From a virus: 64,000 nucleotides of DNA. The notes below the pieces were generated by a model. The model searched no databases, was not told where the DNA came from, and worked only from the letters and a program-made list of their open reading frames with translations. How positions within the stretch are numbered: the first letter of the stretch is position 1; every line of letters starts with the position of its first letter. The stretch covers positions 1-64,000 of IMG/VR virus record IMGVR_UViG_3300010939_000064. One strand, given 5' to 3'. Both the position numbers and the translations under genes were made by a program. Below, in pieces: positions 8,753 through 17,306 of the stretch.

Positions 8753-9397
8753 ATGAACAATAAAGTTTTAATTCTGATTGGAGTTGCTCTTGGAGTAATA
8801 ATTACTGCAAGTGTAATCGGCGGGCAACAAATGATAGCACAGGGAGATCTAACTGCAGCAGAAGTTATGGCTATTGTTGGAGACAATCCTGTCTTCATGT
8901 GGAACTTGATTAAAGACGACGCTAACACAGTAATTTCCGAAGAAATAAATGTGTTAAGTAATGCAGCGCAAGATTTAAGCAATACTGTACAAAGTCTAAA
9001 CAATACCATTGATAATCTTGAAAGTAGAATTGCTTCATTAGAAAATAGATTTCTAATAGTAGAAGCAACTGGTCAAGTAACAACTTCGCCTGTAAGTCCA
9101 ACCACGAATGATTATGATTTGACATGTTTAATCGTGTCTGGTGTAGAACTATTAGATTGTGAATACGCACAAGATCAAATAGTTTATATTCGTGGAACAC
9201 ATGATACTGGTGGACTGGACTATAAGTGGTCTATTAAAAGAGGTACTCAAACTTTGATATCACAAACATCTAGCCTTCCTAGTAATGGGCAGTTTTTGTT
9301 TGTGTTTAATACTGGAGGAGATGCTCTTTTAGGACCATACACTGCTGTAGTATTGATTGACGGAAAGACTGATGTACTTGAATTTAGTTTCAAGTAG
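8753..9397 (+). CDS. membrane-anchored coiled-coil protein (higher-GC island)
   Basis: N-terminal TM anchor VLILIGVALGVIITASVIGG, heptad-like region NVLSNAAQDLSNTVQSLNNTIDNLESRIASLENRF, then a beta-rich C-terminal domain. Confidence 0.55.
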   Translation: MNNKVLILIGVALGVIITASVIGGQQMIAQGDLTAAEVMAIVGDNPVFMWNLIKDDANTVISEEINVLSNAAQDLSNTVQSLNNTIDNLESRIASLENRFLIVEATGQVTTSPVSPTTNDYDLTCLIVSGVELLDCEYAQDQIVYIRGTHDTGGLDYKWSIKRGTQTLISQTSSLPSNGQFLFVFNTGGDALLGPYTAVVLIDGKTDVLEFSFK

Positions 9398-9420
9398 GTA
9401 TCATTGGTAGTCGCAACATC

Positions 9421-9453
9421 GTGCTTAGCAAGCACTACCCCCTTTCTTTTTTT
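9421..9453 (+). terminator. hairpin plus T-rich tract terminator closing the island
   Basis: GTGCTT-AGC-AAGCAC hairpin (9421-9435) followed by CCCCCTTTCTTTTTTT. Confidence 0.5.
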
Positions 9454-9675
9454 ATGCTAGTCATGATTATGGTTAACGAAAGGATGTTCTAATACCAATG
9501 CCCAGAATCATCGTGTTTTAGAGTGCTTCCGTATCTTCGAGAGAAGGCATCCAGTTAATAACCTTTAGATTGTTATGAATATGTTTGAAAAGATATATAA
9601 GATAGCAATAACATTTGCGCTTATATTAGGAATAATTATTGCACTTTTATTGTTAAGTGATGTATTGGATAACAT

Positions 9676-9870
9676 ATGAGAGTTTGTAACGGTATTTGTA
9701 TACGTTATGAAGCAAAGAAGACCAAAAAAGGATGGTATATAGAAGGCCTAAAACGATGTGATACTTGTGAGATATTTATTAAATGGGATGGAGTTATGTG
9801 TCCTTGTTGTAGAGCAAGATTGAGTAGCAGATCTAAGCGATCTAGTAAAAATGTGAAAAGAATAGATTAA
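9676..9870 (+). CDS. Zn-binding basic mini-protein
   Basis: MRVCNGICIRYEAKK..RCDTCEIFIKWDGVMCPCCRARLSSRSKRSSK has multiple Cys pairs and a basic tail. Confidence 0.5.
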   Translation: MRVCNGICIRYEAKKTKKGWYIEGLKRCDTCEIFIKWDGVMCPCCRARLSSRSKRSSKNVKRID

Positions 9871-10100
9871 TGGTTAAAGATATCAATAAGATTTTACCGA
9901 AACTTCCAGGTATGAAGTGGGGCGCATTATTTAATTGGCGTCTAAAAGATGTAGAAATTGATGAGATGGTTAGACGTCCTATTTTTCCATCAGATAGTAG
10001 ATGGCATATGGTTCAAAGAGATAATAGTAATAAAGAGAATAAAGATATAATCGTAGACGGACATATAATTAGAAGGTCCGACGATAGTAAATTAACATAG
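9870..10100 (+). CDS. hypothetical protein
   Basis: 76-aa ORF with TAATG coupling to the upstream gene. Confidence 0.45.
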   Translation: MVKDINKILPKLPGMKWGALFNWRLKDVEIDEMVRRPIFPSDSRWHMVQRDNSNKENKDIIVDGHIIRRSDDSKLT

Positions 10101-10112
10101 GAGGTTAGTAGT

Positions 10113-10325
10113 ATGGGAAAGTATGAACATATAATGACGAAACAAAGTGATGTCCAATATAAGATTATGATGGCTAATATTGCTGTTGCTAATGAATTGG
10201 ATGAAGCAAATCGGTTAAAAAGAATTGATTTAGCTGTTCAAATAATAAAATTGGATTCTGCTGAAAAGAAAAGAGTTGAAGCTGAAATAGCAGAAGATCT
10301 TGATTTGACAGAACAAACCGGATGA
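10113..10325 (+). CDS. hypothetical protein (helical, acidic C-terminus)
   Basis: 70-aa ORF. AGGAGGT lies 7 nt upstream. Confidence 0.5.
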   Translation: MGKYEHIMTKQSDVQYKIMMANIAVANELDEANRLKRIDLAVQIIKLDSAEKKRVEAEIAEDLDLTEQTG

Positions 10326-11902
10326 ATATTGTTGGATTAAGTGCAATTACGGCTGAGTATATTCAGCATTGTGGATCTGATAATATGGTTGTTAAAGCAG
10401 CTAGAGTTTCTATGAGCAAAGATGAAGTTAATATTAAACCAGATGAGACTCAATTGATTAAGGATTTAGTTGCCAAAAAACATCTTACTCCGTTTGAGAT
10501 GTGTGATATAACGTTTCTTGTTTCATGCCCTATATTTGTTGTTAGGCAATTTCATAGGCATAGGACTTTTTGTGTAAGTGGAGATACTGAAGTATATACA
10601 GATCCACCATCTAGTGTTAGAACTGATAGGCGTAGATTACATAAGATACCAATAGAGAGATTATATTATAGTCTTTTTAATGATATTACAAAGATTCATT
10701 TGAGAACGTATGATGTTAAACGTAATACTTTTGATTGGACACATATAAAGAAGGTATTTCAAAATGGCATGAAACATATGTATAGAATAACTTTGGCTGA
10801 TGGAAAAACTATTACTTGTACTAAAGAACATAGATTTTTAGGTAAAAATGGTTTTGAAACGCTTGAAGATACTATAGGTTTGATACATATAAACAAAAGC
10901 GTTGGTATGACTAAAAGAGGTATTATAAAAGTCAATGGTCAGTATCTTAAAGGTCAGATTCCTTGGAATAAAGGAGTTAAAGGATATAAAATCAATAACA
11001 CAATTTCTGATGAACAAAGAGAGGCTATACGTAACGCAAGATCTGGAAAGAAATCTAATTTCTGGAAAGGTGGAGTATCTTCTGAAAGACAGTTAATTGC
11101 AACATGGACTACAAATCAGACTACAGCAGTTCATAAGAAGTTTAATTATATATGTCAGAAGTGTGGAAAGAAAGGCGGTAAATTACATGCACATCATATA
11201 AAGTCAGTTGTAGAATTTCCTAAACTTGCTAAAGATTTTAATAATTTAGAATCTATATGCGTTTCGTGTCATAAAATAGAACATAAACAAAATGGAGATG
11301 CATTAAAATGGAGAAATTCTCATAATGGGAATCTATTGATTCCGAGAGAGGTTGAAATAATTAAGATAGAATATGTTGGAATAAAAGAATCATATGACTT
11401 AGAAGTTGAACATGAGGATCACAATTATATTGCGAATGGTATAATTGTTCACAATAGTTATAATGAATGGAGCGCGACTTATTCTACTGTTGGGGAAAGT
11501 TTTTATGTACCTAAAGAGATTAGACTTGAAGATAGTAATGTTAAAGCGCAATCAACATTTAGTGATGAAAAAAGTAAAGAACTATTAGGTCTTATTGAAT
11601 ATGAATGTTACAAATCTACTGAAGGTTATTGTAAATTAATTTCTAATGGAGTTTCTTTAGAAATGGCGAGGATGATTTTACCTCAGAATATGATGACTAA
11701 GTTTTATGCTAAAGGTAATATTAGAAATTGGGTTCAATATTGCGCAATAAGATGTAATAAGCGCGTATTGTATGAACATCAGGTACTAGCTAAACAGATA
11801 TTTAAAGAAATACTTAAGATGTTTCCTATTTCTGTTTGGGCGCTTGCTAAAGATATGTTTGATGAAGAGACTTTTAAGTCTTTAAATTTAAAACGAAAAT
11901 GA
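10322..11902 (+). CDS. thyX: FAD-dependent thymidylate synthase ThyX, interrupted by an intein
   Basis: N-extein ends ..VVRQFHRHRTF and C-extein starts SYNEWSATYS... Joined they give the ThyX signature RHRxxSxNxxSxxY. The extein total of 231 aa is typical for ThyX. Confidence 0.85.
   Translation: MNIVGLSAITAEYIQHCGSDNMVVKAARVSMSKDEVNIKPDETQLIKDLVAKKHLTPFEMCDITFLVSCPIFVVRQFHRHRTFCVSGDTEVYTDPPSSVRTDRRRLHKIPIERLYYSLFNDITKIHLRTYDVKRNTFDWTHIKKVFQNGMKHMYRITLADGKTITCTKEHRFLGKNGFETLEDTIGLIHINKSVGMTKRGIIKVNGQYLKGQIPWNKGVKGYKINNTISDEQREAIRNARSGKKSNFWKGGVSSERQLIATWTTNQTTAVHKKFNYICQKCGKKGGKLHAHHIKSVVEFPKLAKDFNNLESICVSCHKIEHKQNGDALKWRNSHNGNLLIPREVEIIKIEYVGIKESYDLEVEHEDHNYIANGIIVHNSYNEWSATYSTVGESFYVPKEIRLEDSNVKAQSTFSDEKSKELLGLIEYECYKSTEGYCKLISNGVSLEMARMILPQNMMTKFYAKGNIRNWVQYCAIRCNKRVLYEHQVLAKQIFKEILKMFPISVWALAKDMFDEETFKSLNLKRK
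10571..11455 (+). mobile_element. intein (295 aa) with HNH-type endonuclease domain
   Basis: It starts at Cys84 (CVSGDTEVYT, block A), contains TCTKEHRFL (block B) and ends GIIVHN followed by Ser (+1). The internal HNH motif is HAHHIKSV..NNLESICVSCHKIEH. Coordinates were checked codon by codon (TGT 10571-10573, AAT 11453-11455). Confidence 0.8.
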
Positions 11903-12247
11903 AGGTGAAATAAAATGGTAAAACATAAGAAGAAGAAAAAAGATAAAAAGAAGAAATGACATGTGAGAAATGTAAAGCATGTGGATTAGTTGTTGATAAT
12001 CATGATGCTAATATGGCTATTCAATGTGCAAAGGATTTAGGTTATTCAGTGTATGAAATGGCTATGTCTGTTTTACATAAATAATTGTTGAGATATGTAT
12101 GAAGTATAAGATTTATTGTGTTACATGTAATCATAAATTGGTTGCAACATGTAATGTTGAAATTGGTGATAAAATTGATGCTACAGTAGCACCTGGACTT
12201 AAGAATCATATTGGACATGAATGTGAATATCATCCGATGGGACACGA

Positions 12248-12694
12248 ATGGTCAAATTAGCTATAGTTGGTGCGAGTAAATTGACTGAGAATTGTGAACG
12301 AGACGCTAGACAAATTTGTGCATATATTATGCAGTATCAATCTTATTTGCCAAAGATTAATACTGTAATTAGTGGTGGTGCAAAAGGCGTAGATACTGTC
12401 GCTATTGAAGTTGCGAAAGGATTGGGATTAAAAACAGAAGTATTCCTTCCAGAGATTAATAAGTGGGAAGGTCCAGGTGGTAAACATGGTTATAAGTATA
12501 GAAATTTACAGATTGTAAATGCATGCGATAAGCTTTATTGTATTACAGTTCCATTTCATAAAATAGAATGTTATCATCATGGTGGAAAAAAAACTATTAC
12601 ACATGAGAAAACAGCAGCTTGTTGGACGATGGAAAGAGCTATTGATGCTGGTAAAGAAGTTAAATTTTTTGTTACAACTGATAGAAGTGGGTAA
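12248..12694 (+). CDS. SLOG/DprA-like Rossmann-fold protein (DUF2493-like)
   Basis: LAIVGASK..VISGGAKGVDTVAIEVAKGLGL..VFLP matches the GGA.G.D..A...A signature of the SLOG/DprA clade. Confidence 0.45.
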   Translation: MVKLAIVGASKLTENCERDARQICAYIMQYQSYLPKINTVISGGAKGVDTVAIEVAKGLGLKTEVFLPEINKWEGPGGKHGYKYRNLQIVNACDKLYCITVPFHKIECYHHGGKKTITHEKTAACWTMERAIDAGKEVKFFVTTDRSG

Positions 12695-12848
12695 AGAAGA
12701 TACTCCTCTTCCTTTTTGTTTTACTTGTAATAAAGTAATTCAAACAGTTGAAGAAATGATGTTTCATGCTAGTCATAAGACTGGTAAAAAATCATGGAGA
12801 CAAATGTATGATGAGGCTATGCATGATACTGGAGGAAATAGACCATGA
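12687..12848 (+). CDS. C2H2-like zinc-finger mini-protein (GTG start)
   Basis: 3' part of track ORF 12579..12848. The in-frame GTG at 12687 overlaps the upstream stop. Contains PFCFTCNKVIQTVEEMMFHASH (C-x2-C-x12-H-x2-H). Confidence 0.35.
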   Translation: MGKEDTPLPFCFTCNKVIQTVEEMMFHASHKTGKKSWRQMYDEAMHDTGGNRP

Positions 12849-12983
12849 GTAAGAAAAGGGAACGCTGTGGACGTTTAGGAGAAATAGGTTTAATTACTAT
12901 ATGTGGGTTAGATGCAGCATGGATGTTACATGCATATTATGAAGAAAATGAATTATAGCTATGAATATACTGTTAAGTAACTT

Positions 12984-13268
12984 ATGAAATTACAACATTT
13001 AAAATGTTCATGTGGTGAACGTTGGACTGAAAATGTAGTTGGAAAAGATGAATATATTCCAGTACAAATTGTTGAAAAGATGTTTAGACATTTTAGAAAG
13101 AAAGGACATAAACCTGTTATTAAAAGGTTTACTTGGCCTAAGAAAAGTAATAAAAAACAGCATTCTTGGAAAAAGCAAAATAAAGTAGTTTATGGTGAAC
13201 ATTTATTAGTTTGTCGTAAATGTGGATTGACAAGTTTTAATAGAGACATCAAACAAGAATGTATTTGA
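12984..13268 (+). CDS. basic Zn-ribbon protein
   Basis: CSCGERW....VCRKCGLTSF with a Lys-rich centre. Confidence 0.45.
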   Translation: MKLQHLKCSCGERWTENVVGKDEYIPVQIVEKMFRHFRKKGHKPVIKRFTWPKKSNKKQHSWKKQNKVVYGEHLLVCRKCGLTSFNRDIKQECI

Positions 13269-13393
13269 GTTATGGACGCAACGTTTCATATACACAGCAA
13301 ACAAGATTGCGACTACGCGCTAGACGTAATCAACCATATCAAGGAAGCCTATCCTTCAGATAAAAAAACTGAATGATAGTTTCTTGATCCCCC

Positions 13394-13402
13394 TTTTTTT
13401 TT
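13394..13402 (+). terminator. oligo-T terminator (T9)
   Basis: GATCCCCCTTTTTTTTTG follows a 34-aa ORF, and the next gene starts at 13408. Confidence 0.4.
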
Positions 13403-13407
13403 GAATA

Positions 13408-13845
13408 ATGGTTAAAAAAATTCATCACTCGATTCATAATTATCCACATAAGGATAAATTGATAGCTGATACAATTAAATATTATAGATCACTTAAAGAT
13501 ATTTCTAATAAATATGGACAAATGTATTTTGAAGACTTGGATGATTTCTTTTTGGATATAGTTAAATTTTATAAATTAGGAACTAAAATCATGAATCCAA
13601 GAACTCATTTTTTAGAACCGCATGGGCATCATGAGGGTGGTCATACTCATCAGATTGATACAGGTATTTATTATCTTCAAATACCGAAGAATTCTGGCAA
13701 TTTATTTTTTCATAATTTAGGTATTACTATTGAAGCGCAGGTAGATCATTTTATAGTTGTTCCAAGTAATGAACTTCATGGTATTACTATGAATAAAAGT
13801 AATGAAATAAGAATAGCTTTAGCTTTTGATATTGAACAAATTTGA
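13408..13845 (+). CDS. 2OG-Fe(II) oxygenase-superfamily protein (TIGR02466-like)
   Basis: HGHHEGGHTHQIDTGIYYLQIPKNSGNLFFHN....HFIVVPSNELHGITMNKSNEIRIALAFD resembles H.H....sGvyYl..p..sG.l.f....g.l.lFPS.l.H.V..n.s...RiSisFN. Confidence 0.45.
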   Translation: MVKKIHHSIHNYPHKDKLIADTIKYYRSLKDISNKYGQMYFEDLDDFFLDIVKFYKLGTKIMNPRTHFLEPHGHHEGGHTHQIDTGIYYLQIPKNSGNLFFHNLGITIEAQVDHFIVVPSNELHGITMNKSNEIRIALAFDIEQI

Positions 13846-14267
13846 TTAACGAAGAAAGATTTACACTTATGAAAAATGCTTTTGAACATTGGAGTTTGGA
13901 AGATATTTTTACATTAAGGAAGGCTATTGAGTTGAAGCAAGTGGATACTTATTGGGAGTTAGGATTTCTTCATATTGCGAGACTTAAAATGTTAGCGAAA
14001 GAATTTAGGTATGATGAGATATTACAAACTATTGCTAAGCGTATGTATGAACGTGTTGAGGAATATAAAGATATTAGAATGATGCATGGTAGACCTTTGT
14101 CTATTGAAGATATTGAAACGTTATTTAGACATCAACCAGTTACAGATTCTGCTGATGGTAAGGGAGATGTTATTGTTTATGATGTTATGAATTGTAAATA
14201 TAAAGCGAGATTAATTAAGAAATATCCAAAAGCGAAAGATATTATTGAGGACTTGGTGAATGCATAA
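13842..14267 (+). CDS. hypothetical protein
   Basis: 141-aa ORF with ATGA overlap to the upstream gene. Confidence 0.5.
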   Translation: MINEERFTLMKNAFEHWSLEDIFTLRKAIELKQVDTYWELGFLHIARLKMLAKEFRYDEILQTIAKRMYERVEEYKDIRMMHGRPLSIEDIETLFRHQPVTDSADGKGDVIVYDVMNCKYKARLIKKYPKAKDIIEDLVNA

Positions 14268-14465
14268 ATGGATGGATTAGATAGAATATTATTATTTTGG
14301 ACACAATATGTTACTATACTTGCTATCGCTAAAACACATCTTGCTCTAGCATCAATGTTTAATAATAAAGAAAATTTAGAAGCTGGATATGATTGTATGC
14401 ATATTGCAGCATCGTATATTATTGATTTAGAAATATTAAATAAAGAAAGGAGGAAGATTATATAA
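14268..14465 (+). CDS. hypothetical protein
   Basis: 65-aa ORF that directly abuts its neighbours. Confidence 0.45.
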   Translation: MDGLDRILLFWTQYVTILAIAKTHLALASMFNNKENLEAGYDCMHIAASYIIDLEILNKERRKII

Positions 14466-14623
14466 TGTGGAGAAAGTTATCAACTGATACTGGTGTTACT
14501 GATTTTTGTATTGCTGTAAATGGATGGATATTGTTTTCATTATTACATATAAAAGCTGATAAAGAGAGTGAAACTGTATTGGTTATTTTTAATCATACTG
14601 TATTTGAAAGGTGTAGTTATTAA
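14465..14623 (+). CDS. mini-protein, paralog of ORF 6256..6405
   Basis: See 6256..6405. Shared pattern: MW.K.S.....DFCI...G.I.F.LLH.......V.IFNH. Confidence 0.45.
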   Translation: MWRKLSTDTGVTDFCIAVNGWILFSLLHIKADKESETVLVIFNHTVFERCSY

Positions 14624-14624
14624 A

Positions 14625-14765
14625 ATGGCACAAATTATAATATGTAATAGTTGTGGAGGAAAATCTGTAACTATAACATGTAGTTCAGCTGATTCTAAAG
14701 GACGTTGTACTGCGTGTGGGGGAACATCATTTCATTATGAGGAGGTAAATAAAAATGACGTTTGA
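14625..14765 (+). CDS. Zn-ribbon mini-protein
   Basis: MAQIIICNSCGGKSVTITCSSADSKGRCTACGGTSFHYEE. The ATG at 14625 follows the stop of the previous ORF, so the GTG 14568 start given in the track is unlikely. Confidence 0.45.
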   Translation: MAQIIICNSCGGKSVTITCSSADSKGRCTACGGTSFHYEEVNKNDV

Positions 14766-14910
14766 CTGGAAAACTAAGAAGATAAATATACAGCGCTATT
14801 ATAAAGCTGTACGTAGATGTATTATTTTAAATGGTGATGACGGAACGTCTGGTAGTGGATATAAAGCATGACAAAAATTTAAAGAAACGTGGACCATTAT
14901 TGTAGCACCA

Positions 14911-15312
14911 TTGAGTAAAAGTAATAAGTATAATGGAATGTTTAAGCATTTAAAAATAGAAAAAGCAGGTGGAATGGCATGGGGTATTACAGGTAAAAAT
15001 ACTCTTTGGTGGTTTATAGCTGATAGTAGAGATCCGAGAATTTTTATGCAGAATCTTCTACCGGGATTTCATGAGTTATTGCATGCACTTTACCAGCAGG
15101 AAGTTGGAACTGAACATGTTAAGTATCTTACTTCAGATCCGCCTGAAGTTAGAAGAGTAGGTCAAACTGGACCTATGGCAACAGTTGTGGTTCATGATGA
15201 ATGGTACGGATTTAAAACATGGATTAGAATATGGTTTAAACATGGTGGTTGGCTTCCAATGAGAATGCCTTATATACCAATTAAAGTAGGAAAGAAAAGG
15301 TATAATATATGA
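14911..15312 (+). CDS. hypothetical protein with HExxH motif (possible zincin-like metallopeptidase)
   Basis: Contains PGFHELLHALY. TTG start. The 3' end is duplicated downstream of the following HNH gene. Confidence 0.4.
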   Translation: MSKSNKYNGMFKHLKIEKAGGMAWGITGKNTLWWFIADSRDPRIFMQNLLPGFHELLHALYQQEVGTEHVKYLTSDPPEVRRVGQTGPMATVVVHDEWYGFKTWIRIWFKHGGWLPMRMPYIPIKVGKKRYNI

Positions 15313-15845
15313 AAAACATTTGTATAATAGAAGAATGTAATGATTTTGTGCATGGAAATAGACTTTGTGGAAAACATTATAGAAGAGAATATTTATATGG
15401 AAGTCCACATGATATTATAGTTAAACAACATATTAGAGAAATATGTTCAATGCCTAATTGTGATAAAAAATATGCTGCAAAAGGTTTATGTCTTCAACAT
15501 TACAATGCTTTACCATATCACAAAGAAAGAAGAAGACGTAATGCATTAAAATATATGAAAAATAATAGAGATAAAGCAATTGAAGCAACAAGTAGATATT
15601 TAGAAAAGATGAGTAAATGTTTTAACATAAGTGGAAACATGTATAAGATATTAATAGATTGTTGGTCCAGAATAATTAAATATAGAGATAAGAAATGTGT
15701 TATTTGTGGTTCTGTAAATACATTAAATGCACATCATATATTTTATAAAAAAGATTATCCTATGTTAAGTTTAAATGAAAATAACGGAATAACATTATGT
15801 AGAAAATGTCATAGAGAATTACATGGAGGACATTGGAATGAATAA
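15309..15845 (+). CDS. HNH endonuclease (free-standing, different family from the five HNH_3 paralogs)
   Basis: C-terminal NAHHIFYKKDYPMLSLNENNGITLCRKCHRELH. Two N-terminal C..C......G.C..HY modules. Confidence 0.8.
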   Translation: MKNICIIEECNDFVHGNRLCGKHYRREYLYGSPHDIIVKQHIREICSMPNCDKKYAAKGLCLQHYNALPYHKERRRRNALKYMKNNRDKAIEATSRYLEKMSKCFNISGNMYKILIDCWSRIIKYRDKKCVICGSVNTLNAHHIFYKKDYPMLSLNENNGITLCRKCHRELHGGHWNE

Positions 15846-15912
15846 TATATGGGTTCCTACTAGGATGCCTTATATTCCTGTTAAAATGGCTAAAGTTGCT
15901 TATAACTTATAA
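15838..15912 (+). pseudogene. diverged duplicate of the 3' end of gene 14911..15312
   Basis: MNNIWVPTRMPYIPVKMAKVAYNL* compared with ..GGWLPMRMPYIPIKVGKKRYNI* at the end of 14911..15312. Confidence 0.55.
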
Positions 15913-16172
15913 TGGGAATAGAAATTCAACAGGGAAAAAAGCATCCAGATGATAAAATAATATTGGTTAATGGGTATTTGTTATCGTATGTAGAAGTCCT
16001 GGAAATTATATTACTTCAGATTAGGAATGAAGATGTTATTTATCCAGTGAGTAAGGGATTTAAAGGAGGCGCGAAATTGCAAGAATTTTATATTAAGTTT
16101 GTTGGAGAAAGGCGAATGCCTAATGATGTTGAAATGAAAGAACTTAAATTAGGAATGTATAAACCGGAATGA
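15912..16172 (+). CDS. hypothetical protein
   Basis: 86-aa ORF with TAATG coupling. Confidence 0.45.
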   Translation: MGIEIQQGKKHPDDKIILVNGYLLSYVEVLEIILLQIRNEDVIYPVSKGFKGGAKLQEFYIKFVGERRMPNDVEMKELKLGMYKPE

Positions 16173-16697
16173 ATGTGTTGGAGTTAGAATGATGCCTAAT
16201 TCAAAATGTATTTTATGTGGACTGGAGCTAATTAATCCACCTTATCCTCGTAAGACATTCCATGAAAAGTCAATATGTCATAATTGTTTAACGTCAATTA
16301 ATGGCTCGGAGTTGATTAGTGATTGACATCTATAAAGGAATGTAGCATAGCCTGTTCAGAAGCCCGACATTCTGACTGTTTTTACAAACCTTGTGAATGT
16401 AGGTGTCATCGTTAATGGCTTGTTGTCCTCAATGTGGTAAGCATACCTTAAATGGGCAAGGAAATTTTAATATATTTTGTAGTAAAGAATGTAGAGAAAA
16501 GTTTGGAGAAGAGGTGTTTTGAATGAATTGTTATGATAATATTGTTGATGATGAAGTTATACCGATGTGTTGTGATAAACCTACAATTGAGTTAGTTTTG
16601 GTACATGAAGAATATATGCATATTTGTACCAATTGTGACAGTCGTAGACCAGAGCTAGATTGAAATTGTTCTATACCTATGTTTCAGATATTCAATA

Positions 16698-16871
16698 ATG
16701 TACAAGTGTTCATTTTGCCCACGTACAGGTAGTCTTATTGAAATAAAAGATCATATAAGAAAGGAACATAAGAGAGAGCTTGAAAAATGTTTAGATGTTG
16801 ATAAGTGGAATAAAGGCCAAAAGATAAGTTATACATTTAAGGATAACGCTGTATCTAAAGATAAGGTTTGA
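16698..16871 (+). CDS. C2H2 zinc-finger mini-protein (57 aa)
   Basis: MYKCSFCPRTGSLIEIKDHIRKEHKRELEK.. gives C-x2-C-x12-H-x4-H. It is one of about seven ORFs under 60 aa packed between 16189 and 17000. Confidence 0.45.
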   Translation: MYKCSFCPRTGSLIEIKDHIRKEHKRELEKCLDVDKWNKGQKISYTFKDNAVSKDKV

Positions 16872-16982
16872 CTAAAACTGAAGTTATAACTTGGGTATGT
16901 ACGATATGTAGGTATAAAGTTACTCAAAGAATTAAGCCACGTAATTGTAGCAAATGTAAGAGGTTTGGAAGTATGACATTTT

Positions 16983-17306
16983 ATGGATCGAAAGTTGTCT
17001 GAAGATAAGTGTGCTGTTTGTGAAGGTTCTTGTAAATTTATAGGAGCACTATGTTTATATTGTAATGGAACTGGAGAGAAGAATAATGCTGCTACAGCTT
17101 ATATTAAGAATCATATTTGTCAATGTATTACATTGGATAGAAAATGGTGTCCTGTATGTAAGAAGAAATGTCATCATGATTCTAGTTCAAGACCTAAACA
17201 AACGATTGAACCTGGACCGGGAGGAATTTCGTATATAGATTATAGAATTACTGGTGATAAAACTACTGGTGAAGAAGAAACTAAAGTAGAGGAAGTTACA
17301 GCATGA
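16983..17306 (+). CDS. Cys-rich protein with DnaJ-type CxxCxGxG element
   Basis: CAVCEGSCKFIGALCLYCNGTGEK, then CPVCKKKCHH, with an acidic tail. Confidence 0.45.
   Translation: MDRKLSEDKCAVCEGSCKFIGALCLYCNGTGEKNNAATAYIKNHICQCITLDRKWCPVCKKKCHHDSSSRPKQTIEPGPGGISYIDYRITGDKTTGEEETKVEEVTA

Noticed and set aside
9398-9675. A tRNA or other small RNA gene in the relatively GC-richer gap after the island. The gaps at 42700-43198 and 43481-44093 were also scanned.
   Set aside because: No cloverleaf-compatible arrangement was found, meaning no GTTC-type T-arm or matching acceptor stems. The only clear structure is a terminator-like hairpin. A computational tRNA scan would still be worthwhile.
12579-12848. 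The full-length 89-aa track ORF overlapping the 3' end of the SLOG gene.
   Set aside because: Its first 36 codons overlap gene 12248..12694 out of frame and look like antisense-quality sequence. Only the part from GTG 12687 onward, which carries the C2H2-like finger, is retained.
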